Positions 57,891 to 64,000 of a stretch of 64,000 nucleotides of DNA are shown one piece after another. The notes beneath the pieces are model-generated. The model saw nothing but the letters and a program-made list of their open reading frames with translations, was not told where the DNA came from and did not search any database. Each line of letters opens with the position of its first letter. Positions within the stretch are counted from its first letter, which is position 1. The stretch is from the human T2T-CHM13v2.0 reference genome, Homo sapiens, in NCBI RefSeq assembly GCF_009914755.1, contig NC_060936.1. The stretch is one strand, 5' to 3'. The position numbers and the translations under genes were made by a program.

Positions 57891-60800
57891 AATTATTTTA
57901 ATGCTGTTAAAAGGGAGGAAGGCTGTCAAACTTGGCTGGGAGTTTTACCTTTCCTTGATGACTAGTACGGCCTGCCTGATAAATCTGAAATGAGGACGTC
58001 TGAACCTGAGTCCTTCTCACTCTGATCTCTGTAGGACTGTGCAGTCCTCAGTCCGCACAGAAGCTCCAGGGACACAATTAGCAGGGGGGTCCGTCCTGGC
58101 ACTGAGTCTTGGCCACAAGGGCTGCTCACCTGCCCATCTGAGGAGGGCAGCCTGTCCTGATCCCAGGTCTCAGCCCATATACATGTGTGCTGGCTGAGCC
58201 TGCCTTGAAATGCAAGCTCGGGATTCAAACACATTTTCAATTCCTCCAGGGCTCTGCTGAAGAAAACTTGGCAAAAAGCCCACAATTACAAAACAGTCAT
58301 GAGCGCACACACGTCACATGCACACCTGAACAGAAAAGTGGGGACAAAACTCCAATTCCTGAATTTGCTTTCGGTTAACATTTTGGGACACACAGGACAA
58401 TGGACACCTAGGTTTCAGGCTGCAGCACCTCTGATCCCTGGGGGCCCAGAGGAACACTCAGCCACCCTCACTTCTTTGGTGTCACGTGCCACAGCCTGTG
58501 TTAAATGCTTTGCATGCAACATTCTGCTTCATCTTCACAAACGCCTCAAGGGCAGCCTTATTATTGCCTGTGTGGGGACAAGTCACTTGGGCTAAAGGGA
58601 TCTGAAGTCCCTTGTCCATGTTCGCACAGCTGCAAAGAGGCCGCTTGATGTCACAGGCCACACTAACCAGCGTGCAGCACGTTCCTCCTCTGCACTCAGT
58701 TTAAACAAACGTGTTGAACGCACGCCACTGACAATCTAATAGCAATGGTTTACTGTGCACACAACACGGCTCAGCACTGTGCTGGGTGCGCTGGGCACCC
58801 GGCGAGGAGGAAGGCTGTCCCGGCCTTAATGAGCTTTGTCCGGCTCGCTCATCATTGGTCCCTTCCACTACAGGTCCTGTTTGGCTAGAATCTGCCAGGT
58901 GAAGACAGTAGGCTCACAGAACACTCCTCGAGAGGCCCAGTGCGAGCTTCTGCCAAAACACTGGCATCCCCCAGGCTGGGGAGGGCCTGGGCCACATGTC
59001 CACATCCCTTCCTCTGCCCCAACCCTTGGCAGAGTGGAAAAGTGAGAAATGAGGAAGGAGACATTAACTGGTGCGACCCTACAATGAAAGCTGTGGTTGT
59101 TTACCACAGTGAGAACAGCTCTGCCTGCCAACGCCAACCACCATCGCGTCTCCCTACTGCCGGCTCCCCCCAAGTGTTTATTTAAGCCAACACATTGCTC
59201 TGCTAATTGGATAGCATTCCATGTGAAAATAGACCTTTTAAAACAACAGCAGCGGTGGCAAATAAAAACAGCTGCAACTGCAAAAGTACAAAGGCACGGC
59301 AGGCCTGGGGAAGGGAAAAATTAAAGGCACATTGCATGGGAAAAAATTAATATTCTGGCTTCTGGGCTGCAAGTCTATTCTTTGTGGTCTTCCCCTTCCG
59401 TGTTGCCCTTCCTTTCTTCCTTCAGGACCAGCCCGGTCTGGGTAAAGAGAGAGGAGGTGGCAGCTTCTAACTGGAATCCCAATGGCTATTGGTGGCCACT
59501 CAGCCAATGGGGATGAGTGTACCTGGTAGGGAGTCCCCATTATAGCTGCCCAGGTGAAAGGCTGCTGCCTCCTCAGTGAGGCTACTCCTGGGGATTGGCA
59601 GGGTTGGAAGGCAGCACGGTAGAGTGTGCTAGTGGGGGCAGCTGACTGAATGCCCACTCCTCCTCTGGGGGCTGGGGGGAGTTGATTTCATTCTGGACTT
59701 GTTCCCAAGAGACGTTTTAAGGGACAACCTCTTGGCCTTCCTCCAAAGTGTCCCTCTAATTGGAGAGTCCTTCTGCTTGGTGAGGTGTCAGGGCTGGGTG
59801 AGAGGTGGTGGGCATGGTAGGGAGAAGGGGAGCTACCCAGAGCCTGGCGTGGAGATACACAGAATTTAAGTGAATCAGTGAATGAAGGGAGGAGGAATCC
59901 CTGAATGCAAGCTTTGGAATTAGATTTTTCCCAGCTCTGCCAAGTGCCACTATAAGATCTTCAGCAAGCAACTTTGTCCCTTTGAGCCTTGGTTTCCCAG
60001 CTGTCAAATGGCCTCCTACCACCTATCTCCTAGAGTCCCATGAGGATTAAAACTTATATATGCAAATATCCTACACCATCCCTGCCAAAGACGGGCTTCC
60101 AGAAGTTGACAGTTTTTATCAACTCAAAGATATTGCCCTTTTAGAAACTTCCAGGTCGTGTGGTCCCCTGGTTGCATGGCGTTGATGACACAACTGACAG
60201 CCGTGCACACGGTGTAGACCCAGGCCACCCAGGAGACCGCTGCATTCAGGATGCAGTCCTGCTTGAGTCCTTGACTTCCTACACCACCCCCATTCTCCTT
60301 CCCCCATCAACCTCTGTCCCCTGCTTCCCTCCACATGTGGGGAAGGCTCTTTAAGAAATGCCGGATCATCACACCTGGAGGTTTAGATAACACCAGCATT
60401 TTCAGAGGGACTGACATTTACTGCCCGGGACATCAGGGGCTGATAGAATGTCCTAGAGTGGGAGAATATGCCAGCTCATCGATCCTGCTTCCTCTGAGCA
60501 GGCCTCTGGTCACCAGGGCCCGTGATGAGGGCAGATGGTCAGGACCCACCCCCGGTTCACTGGAGCAGCTCAGTAACAGACCGGGGTCTGGGCTTCCCAT
60601 CAATTCATAGGGCTCCACGGTGGCTTCAGTGCTGGAGTTTAGCAAATGCTCAGCGAGACTGGGGAGGGAGACTGGATGCAAATCTCCCACCCGATGCTGG
60701 AGCTGCCACAGGTTGGGGTGGGGCAGTGCGAGTGTGGTGAATGTCACATACAAAGCCAGCGCGCTCGCGGGAGCCTCTTGCTATTATCATCAGTTGCCTG

Positions 60801-62629
60801 GTTACTCTGAGCTCTGCCACAACAGCCTTTGAGGAGCCTCTGGCTAGGATTCTCTTTCCAGTTTGGGGGTATGTGTGCTGAATCCAAAAAGGGCTTGATA
60901 GATATCACAGAGCCCTCGAGGATATGCACAGTGGGACGTGGGTCTCATGGAGAAGGGTCAGACAACTCAGAACCCCTCAGTTCGGGGACGGTGGAGACGG
61001 CATGTGCTCAGGGCCACAGCAGGGACTGTGGTGTTGAGGGGATGCCTTAACTCTTCTATCCTCTGTCAGCAGGCAAACGGACTGGTGGATGATGGGGAAA
61101 GAACACTGTTCTGGGAGTTGAGATACCGGGGAGCAAGCCGCGGCACTGGCCCCTCCCAGAAACCATTCATTTCTCCATTCCTGTTCCAGCCTCAACTTCT
61201 ACAATGAGCTTAGCTGCCCCCTCCTTTCAGCCTATCCTGGTCCCTTCTTTCCTCCCATCTGACGATTGCTGGGGCAGACCTCCTGGCTTAAGAGGTGGCC
61301 GATGCCAACACAGGGGGCGACTATTTATCTTCATCGAGGGTGCCATGACAGGAAATGGGATCAATGCCCTTGGCGGGGGATCTGAGTGGGTCAGGGTTGA
61401 ACTGAGCCCTGGGAAGGGTTTTTGAAGGAAATCTCCTTCCCTAAGAGCTTCAACAGGGGGAGGATGCACAGGAGCCGGCCCTGAGAGGCTGGGATCATGG
61501 AGGATCCTCTACCAGCCCTGGGTTCTCACTAATTCCTTCTGCTGAGATAAAAAAGATCACCAGTGCTTTTGACTCCATGTCTCTGGCAGTATTGCTCTCC
61601 CTCTTCAAACTCACGCCCACCCTCAAGAGCTAACTAGATATTTACAATATTCAGAATCCTATTCACTAATATGCAGTGTGGACGATTCTACGGGTCAGTG
61701 GAGAGTGCTAAATGTTCCACTCAGAAGACAATAAAGTTCTCCAGACAGACCTGGAGCTGGGGAGGGAGAAAGCAATGGCAGCTTCCCTAGGAAACAAAAA
61801 GAGCAAAGGGATCCTTGCAGGAAAGATGTGCTTGTGATGGGCTCCTCCTTCCTGGAAGACGAGTGCGTTCCATGGCACAAGCCCCAGTGTGGGAGAGGGA
61901 AGTCACTACAGGGATGGAGGGGCCAGAAATAGCCACCTGATGGGGAGAAGGGCCAGTCCCGGAGAGGCTGTGAGTTGAGCCTGTACTGTCCTCGGCTGCC
62001 CTTTCTCCTCCCAGAGCCCGGAGTAAAGGCAGGGAAGGGATGGAGGGGGAGGAGCTGCCACCTCCATAAATCACTAGAGGGCTGTGCTGGGCTTCAGAAG
62101 GAACATCCACAGCCGGGCCTGGGTGTGCCAAGTGCGAGCCACCTGGGCACTTGGTGAACTTCCTCAATGGCACTCACTGCCTTGATTACCTGGGAGTCCA
62201 CCTTCTGTCCTAATAAAGCTGAAGAGCAAAACTTAGCCAACGGTGACATGTCAAAGGGCTCATGGCTGGGGCCCAGCCCTGGTTGGACCCTCCATGTCCC
62301 AAGGGCTGTGTCAACTCGGCATCAACCTCTTGGTGCTGAAAGAGGGCTTCCAGTGAAGGGGCTCCAACGCCTTTGCTCTCTGCTCTCATCAATGGCTGGG
62401 ATCCCCTCCACCTCTGACAAGCCATTCAGAACAGCAGTGAGCGTTTCCTGGAGGTGCACCCATTGGGCTTTAAATTTAAGGTTGACATCACAAGAGGCCC
62501 AGTGGGTGGGTGAGAAAAGAGGCCCAGTGGGTGGCCAAATAAGAAGGGGAACACCCTTTCTTATTTCAGACCATCACCACTGTCACCACCAATGCCTTCC
62601 GCCTCCTCATCACAGCCAATAGCCCGTAT

Positions 62630-62820
62630 GTAGGGGCCAGGCCCTGTTCTAAATTATCACCCCATCCAAACCTCACAATGACTCTATGAAAATATGGAAA
62701 ACCCTGTGACCATTTTACGAGGGGAGGAAACTGAGGCACACAGAAAGGATGTCACTTGCCCAAGGTCACACGGGAGATTTGTGGCAGCTCTGGGGTTCAA
62801 ACTCAGGCAGTCTGGCTTTG
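62630..62820 (-). mobile_element. MIR
   Basis: cattttacgaggggaggaaactgaggcac...cttgcccaaggtcacac...ttcaaactcaggcagtctggc. Confidence 0.75.
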
Positions 62821-64000
62821 AAGTTTGTATTGTAACAACAAGCTCTTGCATTGTTCTTTGTAAGAGACATTTCTTAGGAGCAGAGAGTGAATCCCTCATT
62901 TCTCCCCCAAGCACAGCCTCCTATAGGAACTCTGATATAAGACAGATGACAACACTTCTACACCATCACTGCCCAATCCCCTTGGATACCCAGAGCTCAG
63001 TGGAATGCAGTGGAGAAAAGACGCTGCCCTGTACTCTCTTCTATCCACAGAGCATCACATGTGTGCACGAATCCATAGACCAAGGGTGGCTCTGAAGGGA
63101 ACCAGGCTGGTGGCAATGAGAAGGAAACGGTGTACTGGTATCGAGTACCCACCACATGCCAGGACCGAGTCAGTGTCTCCCATGCATCACCTGCCCTAAC
63201 CCTGGGAGGGGGGCGCAGCCATCATTCCCGTTTCACAGATCAGAAAACTGTGGCACAGGGAAGGCCAGTGTGGGTTGAACTGCCGTGGGTGGGAGCTCTG
63301 AAAGGCAGCCCTCCGCTGCTGCCCTGAGCCAACACAGGGCACCACGTGCCTGCCCCGCTGTGAGGGTGAGGGCCGTGACCTGCTGCATGCAAGGTGTGTC
63401 CCCTGCTGTCTCTGATGAGAGGCGAGGGAAAGGCTGCCAGCCAGGAGGAGAGAGGAGCAGATGTCCAGACAAATATGGCCATGTGTCAACAAAACAGGCA
63501 CTTGAGCTCAAGACTCGGAGACAAAGGTGGCTGGCGAGGCTCTCCGAGGGTCCCCATGCGCCTTCTCTGCCTGTGCATGTTCCCAGGGCCCACAAAGGCC
63601 GCAGCTGTGTCCTGGAGCTGCCACCTTTGGCTCTGCACAGCTGACCCACCCCCTGGGCCTCTTGTGATGCCAGCCTGCTAAAGCCCAATGGCTGTGACTC
63701 CAGGAAATGTTCACTGTTCTTCTGAGGAGCAGCTCGTCAGAGGTGAAGGGGATCCCAGCCATTAATGAGACCTCCCTGTCACTTTATTTTAGCCTTGAGG
63801 AATAGTGAGGCTGAGAGAGGGGACAGGCCACCTGTGGGCAGAGCTCACGGAAGGCAGCCCACTGTGACAGCTCTGCAGCCACATTCCTTCTGGATTCTGA
63901 CCTGGAGCTCAATGCCACGAGGGCAGTGGCTTTGGGTACAGCCAGGCTCTTGTTCACACAGCCTCTGCCCCACATTGGAGGCTGGGCCCAGCACCCACTG

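Overview
Primate (almost certainly human) genomic DNA that is GC-rich and dense in repeats. The only protein-coding content I can support is the 3' end of RBM19, a nucleolar RRM protein and Mrd1 orthologue, on the minus strand. It comprises a 121-bp coding exon (50500-50620), a ~21.3-kb intron and the last coding exon (stop at 29050-29052). Downstream of the stop is a 3'UTR region with several candidate poly(A) sites and a candidate spliced distal UTR exon ending near 22560. Positions 50621-64000 are intronic and 1-~22550 are intergenic. The rest is Alu, L1, L2, MIR, MaLR LTR and DNA-transposon remnants, two minisatellites and several repeat-free AT-rich islands that look like conserved non-coding elements. 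I found no evidence for a new protein-coding system or a CRISPR array. The most notable signals are regulatory. (1) A 272-nt AG-exclusion zone with a near-consensus distant branch point lies 280 nt upstream of the last coding exon. (2) The 3'UTR appears to carry competing splice and poly(A) signals that could couple to NMD. (3) An 11x22-bp minisatellite has been amplified from the V-SINE-like core of a MER6 transposon. (4) A compound minisatellite has a constant core and variable (CA)n spacers. Repeat subfamily names come from recalled consensus sequences, not from a search.
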